Below, piece after piece: positions 15,700 to 24,664 of a stretch of 32,000 nt of DNA. Position 1 is the first letter of the stretch. Every line of letters starts with the position of its first letter. The stretch covers positions 4,770,001 through 4,802,000 of the forward strand of contig NZ_CP021983.2 in assembly GCF_002075285.3 (NCBI RefSeq), given 5' to 3'. The DNA comes from Halomicronema hongdechloris C2206. Its GTDB lineage: Bacteria; Cyanobacteriota; Cyanobacteriia; Phormidesmidales; Phormidesmidaceae. Below the pieces are notes generated by a model. It saw nothing but the letters and a program-made list of their open reading frames with translations. It had not been told where the DNA came from and searched no databases. A program made the position numbers and the translations under genes.

Positions 15700-18288
15700 T
15701 TATGCAATCGCAGGTGACGGCACGTCCACCTGCTTTAACTCTAGCCCCTGTTCAAAGATGTCGTTGATGGGCCGCATCTCCCCAGCGACAGTCATAAATT
15801 TGTGATCTGCCGTGGCTCGAATCGTAGTGCCATTGTCGAGCTGGTAGGCAAAAATTTCCTGATAGCCACGACGATGCCACTGGGCGATGGGCTGAGTATA
15901 GACAAAGCCATTGGCATCCACGCTGTAAACCTGGCATTCAATTTGCTGCTCAACGATTTTGCCGATCGCCAGCGGGCCGTACTCCACCGTCATCACCTCG
16001 GTGTCGTAGCTGAGGCAATACTCGGCAAACTTGACCATCTGATCCCAGAGTACCTCCACTGTCTTCTTGGGCACGCCATTATTGACTGCGCCCTCAATGA
16101 AGTGGCCCTTGTGCTTCTCCATCTCGGCCACTTTCTTCTTACCCATGGCCCGTCGCAGCAGATCCGCCTGCCCCAGGGAATAGCCCGCCATGTCCTGGGC
16201 AATTCTCATGATCTGCTCCTGGTAGACCATGATGCCGTAGGTCTCTTTTAAAATCGGCTGCAAAATCTCATGGGCATAGTCGATGGATTCCCGCCCGTGC
16301 TTGCGGTTGATGAACTTGGGAATCAACCCCGCATCCAAAGGTCCTGGGCGATACAGGGCCAAGACCGAGGAAATATCCTCCAGGCCCGAGGGCTTTAGGT
16401 CTCGCACGATCTGGCGCATGCCCGACGACTCCAGCTGGAAGATGCCCCCCAGATCCCCCTTCTCCAGTAACTTAAAGGCCTTGGGATCATCCATGGGCAA
16501 GTCATCGGGATCCACCTGTTGACCATGACTTTGCTCGATCAAGTCAACGGTCTTCTGAATCATGGTCAGGTTTTTTAGCCCCAGGAAGTCCATCTTCAGC
16601 AGGCCGATGGCCTCCACATCCTCCATGTAGTACTGGGTGATCACCTGACCGTCGTTGTTGCGCTGCAACGGCACAATCTCATCCAAGGGTTCCTTCGAAA
16701 TTACTACCCCGGCCGCATGTACCCCAAAGGTCTTATTGGTGCCCTCGATCCGCATGGCCATATCGATCCAGCGGTGCACCTGGGGATCACTGTCATACTT
16801 CTGCTTAAATTCTGGGGCCGGTGTCTCATCCGAGATCATCACCTTCAGCTTCGCCGGTTTGCCCCGAGCCACCGGAATCAGCTTGGCCATGCGGTCGGCC
16901 TCACCGTAGGGAATATCCAGCACCCGGGCCACGTCCTTCAGCACCGCCTTCGAGGTCATGCGGTTGAAGGTGATGATTTGGGCAACCCGCTCTTCTCCGT
17001 AACGCTCGGTGACATACTTGATTACCTCATCCCGGCGCTCGATGCAGAAGTCGGTGTCAATATCCGGCATGGACTTGCGCTCTGGGTTCAAGAAGCGCTC
17101 AAATAGCAGCCCGTGGTGCACCGGATCGATGTTGGTAATGCCCATGGCATAGGCCACCAGGGAGCCTGCCGCCGAGCCCCGGCCCGGCCCCACCGGAATC
17201 TTATTGTCTCGGGCAAAGCGAATATAGTCCCAGACCACCAAAAAGTAGGTAGGGAAGCCCATCTGGATCATCAGCTGGATCTCGTACTCCAGCCGCTCTC
17301 GATAGACTGGGTCCACCTCGCCATAGCGGGAGACCTTCATCCGCTTCACCAGGCCTTCCTTAGCCACGTGAGCCATATAGTCTTCTGCTCCCTCAAACCC
17401 CTCTGGAATTGGGAAGTCAGGAATGCGGGGCTGCCCCAGGATGTCGGTGTACTCCTCCACCTTGTCGGCCACCTCCAGGGTGGTATGAATGGCTTCGTCG
17501 ATCACCTCGTCGCTCAGGTGATCGCGAAACAACTGCCGCATCTCATCGGCGGATTTCAGGTACTCGGTGCCGCTATAGCGCAGCCGCTTATCTTCGGTCA
17601 GCAGCTTGCCCGTCTGGATGCAGAGGAGGGCGTCGTGGGCCTCCACATCGTTGCAAGAGATGTAATGGGAGTCGTTGGTGCAGATGATTTTAATGTCTAA
17701 TTCCCGGGCAATCTTGACCAGTTCCACATTGACGATGCGGTCTTCCGGGGAGCCATGGTCTTGGATTTCTAGGTAATAGTCGTCGCCGCAGCGGTCTTTA
17801 TACCATTGAGCCACCCGCCGGGCTACGTCGGGACGCTTCTGCAGAATCGCCTGGGGCACTTCGCCCCCCAAGCAGGCGCTGGTGACGATCAACCCTTCGT
17901 GGTATTGCTCTAGCAGCTCTTTGTTAATACAGGGGCGGGAGAAGATGCCCTTGCCTTGTACCCCTTGCAGATGGGATATGGTAGTCAGCTTCACTAGGTT
18001 CTTGTAACCCTGGGTATTTTTAGCCAGCACCACCTGGTGATAGCGGGGCCGCCGCTGCTGCTGAGTGATGTCGCCATTGATGATGTACATCTCGTTGCCG
18101 ATGATCGGCTTGATGCCTTTGCCTTTGCACAGCTTCAGGATCTCAATGGCCCCGTACATGACTCCGTGATCGGTGAGGGCAATGGCTGGCATGCCAAGCT
18201 CTACGGCCCGGTCAACCAATTGGGGCAGTTGGCTGGCCCCGTCGAGCAGGCTGTAGTTGCTGTGAATGTGCAGGCCGACAAAGGACAT
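15700..18288 (-). CDS. dnaE: DNA polymerase III alpha subunit, N-terminal half: N-extein (PHP and polymerase core) plus IntN split-intein fragment
   Basis: [19 protein letters not shown] (PHP)...PDIDTDF...[13 protein letters not shown]...KFAEY|[16 protein letters not shown]...stop. Confidence 0.97.
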   Translation of the reverse strand: MSFVGLHIHSNYSLLDGASQLPQLVDRAVELGMPAIALTDHGVMYGAIEILKLCKGKGIKPIIGNEMYIINGDITQQQRRPRYHQVVLAKNTQGYKNLVKLTTISHLQGVQGKGIFSRPCINKELLEQYHEGLIVTSACLGGEVPQAILQKRPDVARRVAQWYKDRCGDDYYLEIQDHGSPEDRIVNVELVKIARELDIKIICTNDSHYISCNDVEAHDALLCIQTGKLLTEDKRLRYSGTEYLKSADEMRQLFRDHLSDEVIDEAIHTTLEVADKVEEYTDILGQPRIPDFPIPEGFEGAEDYMAHVAKEGLVKRMKVSRYGEVDPVYRERLEYEIQLMIQMGFPTYFLVVWDYIRFARDNKIPVGPGRGSAAGSLVAYAMGITNIDPVHHGLLFERFLNPERKSMPDIDTDFCIERRDEVIKYVTERYGEERVAQIITFNRMTSKAVLKDVARVLDIPYGEADRMAKLIPVARGKPAKLKVMISDETPAPEFKQKYDSDPQVHRWIDMAMRIEGTNKTFGVHAAGVVISKEPLDEIVPLQRNNDGQVITQYYMEDVEAIGLLKMDFLGLKNLTMIQKTVDLIEQSHGQQVDPDDLPMDDPKAFKLLEKGDLGGIFQLESSGMRQIVRDLKPSGLEDISSVLALYRPGPLDAGLIPKFINRKHGRESIDYAHEILQPILKETYGIMVYQEQIMRIAQDMAGYSLGQADLLRRAMGKKKVAEMEKHKGHFIEGAVNNGVPKKTVEVLWDQMVKFAEYCLSYDTEVMTVEYGPLAIGKIVEQQIECQVYSVDANGFVYTQPIAQWHRRGYQEIFAYQLDNGTTIRATADHKFMTVAGEMRPINDIFEQGLELKQVDVPSPAIA
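15703..16017 (-). mobile_element. DnaE split intein, N-terminal fragment (IntN, 105 aa)
   Basis: [105 protein letters not shown]. Cys1 and block B TxxH are present. It closely resembles the Npu and Ssp DnaE IntN sequences. Confidence 0.95.
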
Positions 18289-18725
18289 GATGAGGAGTCT
18301 GTCTATAGTTCAAATTTACTAGGCTGACCCAGTTCTCGCCCACCGTAGGTTGCCTGAGCGGACTAGGCTGCTCCTAAGGGTAGCGGATTTGCTCCTCTAT
18401 ATCTAGTCGATTTGTCGACGTTTTGGCGAATAATCCCCCACATATAGGCGATCGCAACTCGGAGTATCTCGTTCCATTTGGGATGCCTGCCCACCAGACT
18501 GGGGCTGACAAGCAAGATGCGATCGCATGGCTCCTACCCCACTCCCGAGTGTTGTCAACAAGCAGGTCTATCTAAAAGCTGAAACAGCAAAGCCCCTGGC
18601 TTGCCAGGGGCAGAGGGAGTTATCAGTCGGACGCATTCGGGGACATATCCATAGTATGCAAAGTCCAGGTAAACAGACGGTAAAGCTTTAGCGGGCGAGG
18701 CTGAGAGGCATATGATAATCCCGCC

Positions 18726-18756
18726 AAAAAAAGCCCTCCGTAGTAAGCGGAGGGCT
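18726..18756 (-). terminator. Rho-independent terminator on the minus strand, after uvrA and the DUF4160 remnant
   Basis: On the minus strand, AGCCCTCCG-cttacta-CGGAGGGCT is followed by TTTTTT. Confidence 0.6.
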
Positions 18757-18825
18757 GTTCTGTTCGTTTAGTAAAGGAGCCATAACCGAGGTCTAGGGTT
18801 AGTATTCCCGAGGTGGCCAAGGTAA

Positions 18826-19066
18826 TCATCGTAGGGCTTTGCGTTGTCTGGCGAGTTTCCAATTATTTATCAGCTCTGATTGATGCAAATCTAACCATTC
18901 CAGCACCATTCTCAGGGCTCGCTTCGACATCTTTCCCTCTACTAACCCGGTCTCTATTGCTACGATAACTTCCTGGTCCTGATAGCGAGCATGGAAGTGA
19001 GGTGGCTGATGGTCATTGTAATTCGATGAAAATGACTATTCCGTAGAACCAGCTGATTGTAGGCAC
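18826..19066 (-). pseudogene. DUF4160 family gene disrupted by a frameshift
   Basis: The minus strand reads (V/M)PTISWFYGIVIFIELQ* and continues in another frame as YNDHQPPHFHARYQDQEVIVAIETGLVEGKMSKRALRMVLEWLDLHQSELINNWKLARQRKALR*. Together they reconstitute a typical DUF4160 protein, with the frame break near 19013-19024. Confidence 0.65.
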
Positions 19067-19098
19067 TATCTTTTTTACTAAAACCATCAGGGGCTTCG

Positions 19099-22098
19099 TC
19101 AAGTCAGAGCAGCTACCGGATGGTCTGCCAGCACCTTAGCCAGGTATTGCCCAGTGTAGGAGTGGGGCTGCTGGGCCAGCTCTTCTGGAGTACCGACGGC
19201 GATGACTTCACCGCCATGCTCACCGCCCTCCGGTCCCAGGTCGATGACCCAGTCGGCACAGCGAATCACATCCAGGTTGTGCTCGATCATCAGCACCGAG
19301 TTGCCCTTATTCACCAGGCGCTGCACCACATCCAACAGCTTGTGCACATCGTAAAAAGACAGGCCGGTGGTGGGTTCGTCGATCAAATAAAGGGTCTTGC
19401 CGGTGGCGCGGCGGGCCAGTTCCGAGGCCAGCTTCATCCGCTGCGCCTCGCCTCCAGAGAGGGTGGGGGCCGTCTGCCCCAGGCGAATATAGCCCAGGCC
19501 CACATCCACCATGGTCTGTAGTCGGCTGGCCGCCTTGGGAATATTCTGGAAAAAGTCCAGGGCTTCTTCTGCCGTCATGTTGAGTACATCGGCAATGGTG
19601 CGGTCCTTATATGTCACCTGCAGGGTCTCCCGGTTATAGCGGGCCCCTTTGCAGACTTCGCACTGCACGTAGACATCCGGCAGGAAGTTCATCTCGATCA
19701 CATTCACGCCCTGGCCGCTGCAGGCTTCGCAGCGTCCCCCCTTGACGTTGAACGAAAACTGCCCCGCCTTGTAGCCGCGGGCCTTAGCCTCGATGGTTTC
19801 GGTGAAGAGGTTGCGGATGACGTCGAACACTCCAGTGTAGGTGGCCGGATTAGAGCGGGGTGTGCGGCCAATGGGGGATTGGTCGATGACGATGACTTTA
19901 TCCAGGGCCTTGAGTCCCGAGAGCTTGTCTAGATCTTTCGGAAAGGGGACTTTGCTGCCGAAGTGGTGCTGCAGGGCCGGGTAGAGCAAGTTGTTCACCA
20001 GGGTAGACTTGCCGGAGCCCGAGACCCCAGTCACACAGACGAACTGCCCCAACGGAATCTCCACGTCGATATGCTTCAGGTTGTTGCGACGGGCCCCGTG
20101 GAGTTTCAGGCTGCGGCGATTGCCGGGCCGCCGCTGGGCTGGGGTGGGAATCACCAAGCGCCGGGCCAGATAGGCCCCAGTCACAGAATCTGCAGCCTGA
20201 GTCAGGTCGTCGATATGGCCTTGGACCACGATGTGGCCGCCGTGGATACCAGCACCGGGACCAATATCCACTAGGTGGTCGGCAGCCCGAATGGTGTCTT
20301 CATCGTGCTCCACCACGATCAGGGTATTGCCCAGATCCCGCAGCCGGGTCAGGGTGCGCAACAGGCGGTCATTGTCACGCTGGTGCAAGCCGATGCTGGG
20401 CTCGTCTAGGACATAGAGGACGCCGGTGAGGCCGGAGCCAATCTGGGTGGCTAGGCGAATACGCTGGGCCTCGCCGCCGGAGAGGGACATGGCGGTGCGG
20501 TGTAGGGTCAGATAGTCGAGGCCTACGTCGATGAGGAATTGTAGCCGGGCCTTGATTTCCTTTAGCACTAGTTCACCGATCTGGCGTTGGCGCCAGGATA
20601 GTAGCGGCGTTCCCTCATCACCGGCCAGGGTCTTGATCCGCTCCAGGCATTTGCGAATGGAGACGTTGGTCAGATCGAGCACATTGTAAGGGCCCATGCG
20701 TACGGCCAGGGATTCGGGCTTGAGCCGGGCTCCCTGACACACGTCACAGGGCTGATCGATCAAGTATTTTTCCAGCTTTTGCTTGTAGAGTTCGGAGCTG
20801 GCATCGCGATACTGGCGCTCTAAGATGGGCAGCACCCCTTCATAGCGCCGTTCATAGCCTTTGCGATCCCGATAGCGGGAGTCGGTTTCGATGTAGATCT
20901 TCTCGTCGCAGCCGTAGAGTACGATCTGCTGCTGCTCCTGGGTCAGCTGTTCCCAGGGGGTTTGAATCTGGAAGCCAAAGGCCTGGCCAACGCTGTAGAG
21001 CAGCGAGAAATAATAGGTGTTGTCCTTTTCCGACCAGGGGGCAATAGCGGCGTAGACCGGCAGTTTGGGATCGGGCACCACTAGATCGGCGGCGAAGGTG
21101 GGTAAGTTGCCCAAGCCATGGCAATGGGGACAGGCGCCGTAGGGGGAGTTGAAGGAGAACAGCCGTGGCGACAGCTCTTCCATGACGGCCCCGTGTTCCG
21201 GGCAAGCGAAGTTCTCCGAGAAGACCAACTCCGGCGGTAGGCCATAGGATGCTTCCCCTTCTGCCGCCTGGGGCAGTGAGTCAGACAGAGATTGAGATCG
21301 CAGCGGCACCACCTTAGACTCGCCAGACTGCCCCGCTTGAGCCCGATTGCGGTCTGGCAAAACGTCGATGACGGCAATGCCACTGGAGCGCTTCAGGCAG
21401 GTGGCCAGGGAGTCAGCCAGCCGCTCTTGCAGCCCTGGCTTTTTCACCAGTCGGTCTACCACTACTTCGATGGTGTGGGCCTGGTTTTTGTCCAGCTCGA
21501 TGGCATCGGTGAGGTCACGGATGTCGCCGTTGACCCGGACTCGCACAAATCCCTCCGAGGCCAGAGCGGACAGCAGCTTCTTGTGGGTGCCCTTCTTGCC
21601 CCGCACCACCGGGGCCAACAGCTGAAACCGGGTGCCGTCTGGCAATTCCAGCACCCGGTCGATCATCTGGTCGATGGTCTGGGGGGCGATGCTGCGATCG
21701 CATCGGGGACAGTGGGGCTCCCCGGCTCGGCCAAACAGCAACCGCAAATAGTCATAGATCTCCGTCACCGTACCCACCGTAGAGCGGGGGTTATGGGAGG
21801 TGGACTTCTGGTCGATGGAAATGGCCGGGCTCAGCCCCTCGATGGCATCGACATCGGGCTTGTCCACCTGGCCCAAAAACTGGCGGGCATAGGCACTGAG
21901 GGACTCCACATAGCGTCGCTGCCCCTCGGCAAAAATCGTATCGAAGGCTAGGGACGACTTGCCGGAGCCTGATACCCCCGTAAACACAATCAGCTGATTC
22001 CGGGGCAGATCCAGGTCAATATCTTTGAGATTGTGTTGTCGCGCCCCCCGTACCCGGATCACATTATCATCATCAGGAGAGGCGGGCCGACCCAGCAC
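19099..22098 (-). CDS. uvrA: Excinuclease ABC subunit A (UvrA)
   Basis: Two ABC ATPase modules (GVSGSGKSSL, GVSGSGKSTL), zinc-finger Cys pairs (CPRCDR, CPHCHGLG, CDVCQGAR, CEACSGQG...CEVCKGARY) and LSGGEAQR twice. Confidence 0.97.
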   Translation of the reverse strand: MLGRPASPDDDNVIRVRGARQHNLKDIDLDLPRNQLIVFTGVSGSGKSSLAFDTIFAEGQRRYVESLSAYARQFLGQVDKPDVDAIEGLSPAISIDQKSTSHNPRSTVGTVTEIYDYLRLLFGRAGEPHCPRCDRSIAPQTIDQMIDRVLELPDGTRFQLLAPVVRGKKGTHKKLLSALASEGFVRVRVNGDIRDLTDAIELDKNQAHTIEVVVDRLVKKPGLQERLADSLATCLKRSSGIAVIDVLPDRNRAQAGQSGESKVVPLRSQSLSDSLPQAAEGEASYGLPPELVFSENFACPEHGAVMEELSPRLFSFNSPYGACPHCHGLGNLPTFAADLVVPDPKLPVYAAIAPWSEKDNTYYFSLLYSVGQAFGFQIQTPWEQLTQEQQQIVLYGCDEKIYIETDSRYRDRKGYERRYEGVLPILERQYRDASSELYKQKLEKYLIDQPCDVCQGARLKPESLAVRMGPYNVLDLTNVSIRKCLERIKTLAGDEGTPLLSWRQRQIGELVLKEIKARLQFLIDVGLDYLTLHRTAMSLSGGEAQRIRLATQIGSGLTGVLYVLDEPSIGLHQRDNDRLLRTLTRLRDLGNTLIVVEHDEDTIRAADHLVDIGPGAGIHGGHIVVQGHIDDLTQAADSVTGAYLARRLVIPTPAQRRPGNRRSLKLHGARRNNLKHIDVEIPLGQFVCVTGVSGSGKSTLVNNLLYPALQHHFGSKVPFPKDLDKLSGLKALDKVIVIDQSPIGRTPRSNPATYTGVFDVIRNLFTETIEAKARGYKAGQFSFNVKGGRCEACSGQGVNVIEMNFLPDVYVQCEVCKGARYNRETLQVTYKDRTIADVLNMTAEEALDFFQNIPKAASRLQTMVDVGLGYIRLGQTAPTLSGGEAQRMKLASELARRATGKTLYLIDEPTTGLSFYDVHKLLDVVQRLVNKGNSVLMIEHNLDVIRCADWVIDLGPEGGEHGGEVIAVGTPEELAQQPHSYTGQYLAKVLADHPVAALT

Positions 22099-22615
22099 TC
22101 GTTGCCGCCACTGCCCTACCGTTGTGGGCCTGGTCTAGAAGAGAATCGCGCTGGGGCATAGCCGCTCAAGGGATGGATCTAGCATCGTAGGCAATACAGT
22201 TCTTAATATAGTAGCCCGCTCACGGAAAGCAAGGGGAATCTGTTCTCCGCAGCAGTAAGTTGGCGCCAGTGCGGAAATGGACAGTCTCCCGTTGAAGATC
22301 CTCTGATGCCTGGCGGCAAAGCGGCTGATTCACAGTCCCTATGGCGATCCTATAGACACGCCACGTCCCTGGGGATCTGGGAAATCCCATGGCCAGCTCC
22401 TTGATGGCCAATGATGGCGCCATCAGCATCTACTGTGTAAGAAAAGTCAGGGGCATCTTCAGGCCCAGGCGGAATGAGTCTCTCCGTCTGCCTGTCTATC
22501 AGTAACCAGTCAGTGTACTAATCCGCCGGTTGGGTAGCGTTTAGCCTAGGCGCGCTTTCCCAGGGTTAACGTTGTCTAACCCAGGCAACCATTTGTGACC
22601 GCCAAGGAGTCTACC

Positions 22616-24229
22616 ATGTCGTCCGGTCGCCATGCTCATCTACCTGGGAGCCGCCGCCAGGGACTACTGATCACAGCCTTGTCCTTGGCCCCCTCCCAGC
22701 TCATCGGCAGTGCGTTCAATATTTGGTACAACCTCAGCCATATTCAACCGCTGCTGACCCCGGTCCAGCATCAGGTGTTTCAAGAGGCGATTGGGGTCTT
22801 TAATCTGACGGTGTATCCCGCCGCCATGGTCTTTTGGTTCTGGCTGTTTTTCTCCCTGCGGCCCGTGGCTAGTCGTCTGCTGGCGGATCAGCCGGTACCG
22901 CCTGCCCGACTGATGGCGGCCCAACGGCGGGTGATCAACCTACCCTGGTTGTCCATGCTGGTGGCTGGGATTGGCTGGCTCTTATGTATCCCGGTGTTTC
23001 TGACGGTGCTAGAGCGGACCGCTGACCCCTTGGCCCCCCAGGTGTGGATTCACCTGCCCATTTCCATCTTGATTTCCACGGTGATTGCCCTCACCCACGG
23101 CAGCTTCACCATCGACCTCCTCAGCCAACGGTTGCTCTATCCCCTCTTTTTTCGCCAGGCCCATCCGGCTGAGATTCCCGGGGCCTATCCCCTCACCCTG
23201 AAAAATCGCATTACCTTCTGGGCGGTCTCCGCCAGCATCTGCCCCATTGCTTCCTTGTTGTTGCTGGAGTTTGTGCCCAATGCCAACAATATGGGGTCGT
23301 TTTCTCTGTTGGTGGGGCTGTTGGGCATGGGGTTTAGCCTGGTCAGTGCCTGGATGCTGTCTCAGCTGGTGGTGGAGCCGGTGGACATGCTGCAGGATGC
23401 GGCTAAACGGGTTGCCCAGGGTGATTTAACGGTGCAAATTACCCAACCCCGGGGGGATGAGTTCGGCACCTTAATCGATGCCTTCAATGCCATGGTGACG
23501 GAACTGCGAGACAAGCAGCATCTGTTGGAAACCTTCGGCCGCCATGTGGGAGAACAGGCGGCCCGGCAGATTCTGCAGCAGGATCCGGGGTTGGGAGGGA
23601 CCGAACAGGTGCTGACGGTGATGTTTGCCGATCTGCGAAACTTTACCGCCCGCTGCAATCACAGTACCCCCCAGGAGATCGTGGCCCTACTCAACCTCTT
23701 CTTGGCTGACATGGTGGAGATCGTGGAGCACCAGCATGGGGGCATGGTGAATAAGTTTCTGGGGGATGGGTTTATGGCCCTATTCGGCGTGGGGGAGCCG
23801 GACGGCGACCATGCTGCCCGTGCGATCGCATCGGGTCAAGCCATGCTGGGCAGTTTAGAACAGCTGAATCGAATCTTGGCCGAGAAAAACATCGCGCCGC
23901 TGGCCATTGGCATCGGCCTGCACACCGGCCCGGCAGTGGTGGGGAGCATTGGCTCCCCCCAGCGGTTAGAATACACCGCCATCGGCAGCACGGTGAATAT
24001 TGCCTCTCGGGTAGAAAGCCTGACCAAGACCGTTGGCTATCCCCTGCTGTTCACCGCCGCCACCCGTGTCGCCCTGCCCGCGGATATACCCCTGCAGGCC
24101 CTGCCCCCCCAGCCAGTGCGGGGGTTAGATCAGCCGCTGCCGGTGTTCTCCCTGACCCAGTCGGTACGCCTGGACAGGAGTGCCCCTGGCACAGCGAAGG
24201 GTAATAGGTCCGGTGAGTCTGGTGCTTAG
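22616..24229 (+). CDS. Membrane-bound class III adenylate/guanylate cyclase with a HAMP domain
   Basis: A multi-TM N-terminal region, HAMP (VEPVDMLQDAAKRVAQGDLTVQI...GDEFGTLIDAFNAMV), then the CHD domain (VLTVMFADLRNFT...VNKFLGDGFMALFG...IGIGLHTGPAVVGSIGS). The start is set at ATG 22616, behind AAGGAG. Confidence 0.9.
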   Translation: MSSGRHAHLPGSRRQGLLITALSLAPSQLIGSAFNIWYNLSHIQPLLTPVQHQVFQEAIGVFNLTVYPAAMVFWFWLFFSLRPVASRLLADQPVPPARLMAAQRRVINLPWLSMLVAGIGWLLCIPVFLTVLERTADPLAPQVWIHLPISILISTVIALTHGSFTIDLLSQRLLYPLFFRQAHPAEIPGAYPLTLKNRITFWAVSASICPIASLLLLEFVPNANNMGSFSLLVGLLGMGFSLVSAWMLSQLVVEPVDMLQDAAKRVAQGDLTVQITQPRGDEFGTLIDAFNAMVTELRDKQHLLETFGRHVGEQAARQILQQDPGLGGTEQVLTVMFADLRNFTARCNHSTPQEIVALLNLFLADMVEIVEHQHGGMVNKFLGDGFMALFGVGEPDGDHAARAIASGQAMLGSLEQLNRILAEKNIAPLAIGIGLHTGPAVVGSIGSPQRLEYTAIGSTVNIASRVESLTKTVGYPLLFTAATRVALPADIPLQALPPQPVRGLDQPLPVFSLTQSVRLDRSAPGTAKGNRSGESGA

Positions 24230-24300
24230 CCCTTAAAGACATCCCGGGTAAATAGCACCAATACGGCTCCGAACACCATAGCGGCAAGTGCAAAATCCAT
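24226..24300 (-). CDS. Candidate 24-aa single-TM micro-protein (MDFALAAMVFGAVLVLFTRDVFKG)
   Basis: Strong SD AAGGAGG 5 nt upstream of the ATG and a hydrophobic core followed by charged residues. It converges on the cyclase gene and overlaps its stop. I recognised no homologue. Confidence 0.3.
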   Translation of the reverse strand: MDFALAAMVFGAVLVLFTRDVFKG

Positions 24301-24600
24301 CGACTCCTCCTTAAATCGCAATCAGTGACAAATAGGTGCATCAACGGTGACGACGGTAGCGCTATATCTAACCAAACCCCTTCCTGAGGTTAAGACTGCC
24401 GCAGCACTCCAGATCAGTGCATCTCAGAGGCCTTAGCAAAGCCTTCGTAGTCCCGCTGCGCTTTCTTTACCCAGGCCGTCATGCACCTAAATTCAGCCTA
24501 GCCGGATCCTCAAGGTTTCTTATGGGGGGCCAAGCCCATCTCCCTATCCCCACCCCCCCCTGGGCATAGAAACCCAGAGCACTTTAGCAGTATGGTCATG

Positions 24601-24646
24601 CTGTCATCCATGACAGACATGACAGATTGAATTCATGACAGATTGA
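24601..24646. promoter_or_regulatory. Palindrome plus direct-repeat cluster upstream of sodB
   Basis: CTGTCAT-CC-ATGACAG, a perfect 7-2-7 inverted repeat, lies at 24601-24616. ATGACAG recurs at 24619-24625 and 24635-24641. CATGACAGATTGA occurs twice (24618-24630 and 24634-24646). The sodB ATG is at 24665. Confidence 0.45.
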
Positions 24647-24664
24647 GAGGAGAGGATCACCACC

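Noticed and set aside
18590-18612. Hairpin GCCCCTGG-cttg-CCAGGGGC as a second terminator
   Set aside because: It sits in the dnaE-n upstream region with only a weak, interrupted T-tract on the minus strand. No convincing gene ends just upstream of it once the 79-aa ORF is rejected.
18623-18862. 79-aa ORF (METRQTTQSPTMITLATSG...)
   Set aside because: It uses a TTG start, overlaps the end of the DUF4160 remnant, and reads straight through the terminator hairpin and T-tract at 18726-18756. Its composition is not protein-like and it does not resemble the DUF2442 partner expected after DUF4160.
22099-22594. A 500-bp divergent spacer between uvrA and the cyclase, containing track ORF 22220-22429 and a minus-strand fragment reading IPPGPEDAPDFSYTVDADGAIIGHQGAGHG...
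   Set aside because: No frame stays open with a plausible start, and I recognised no family. It may be a gene remnant or a long promoter region. The evidence is insufficient for a call.
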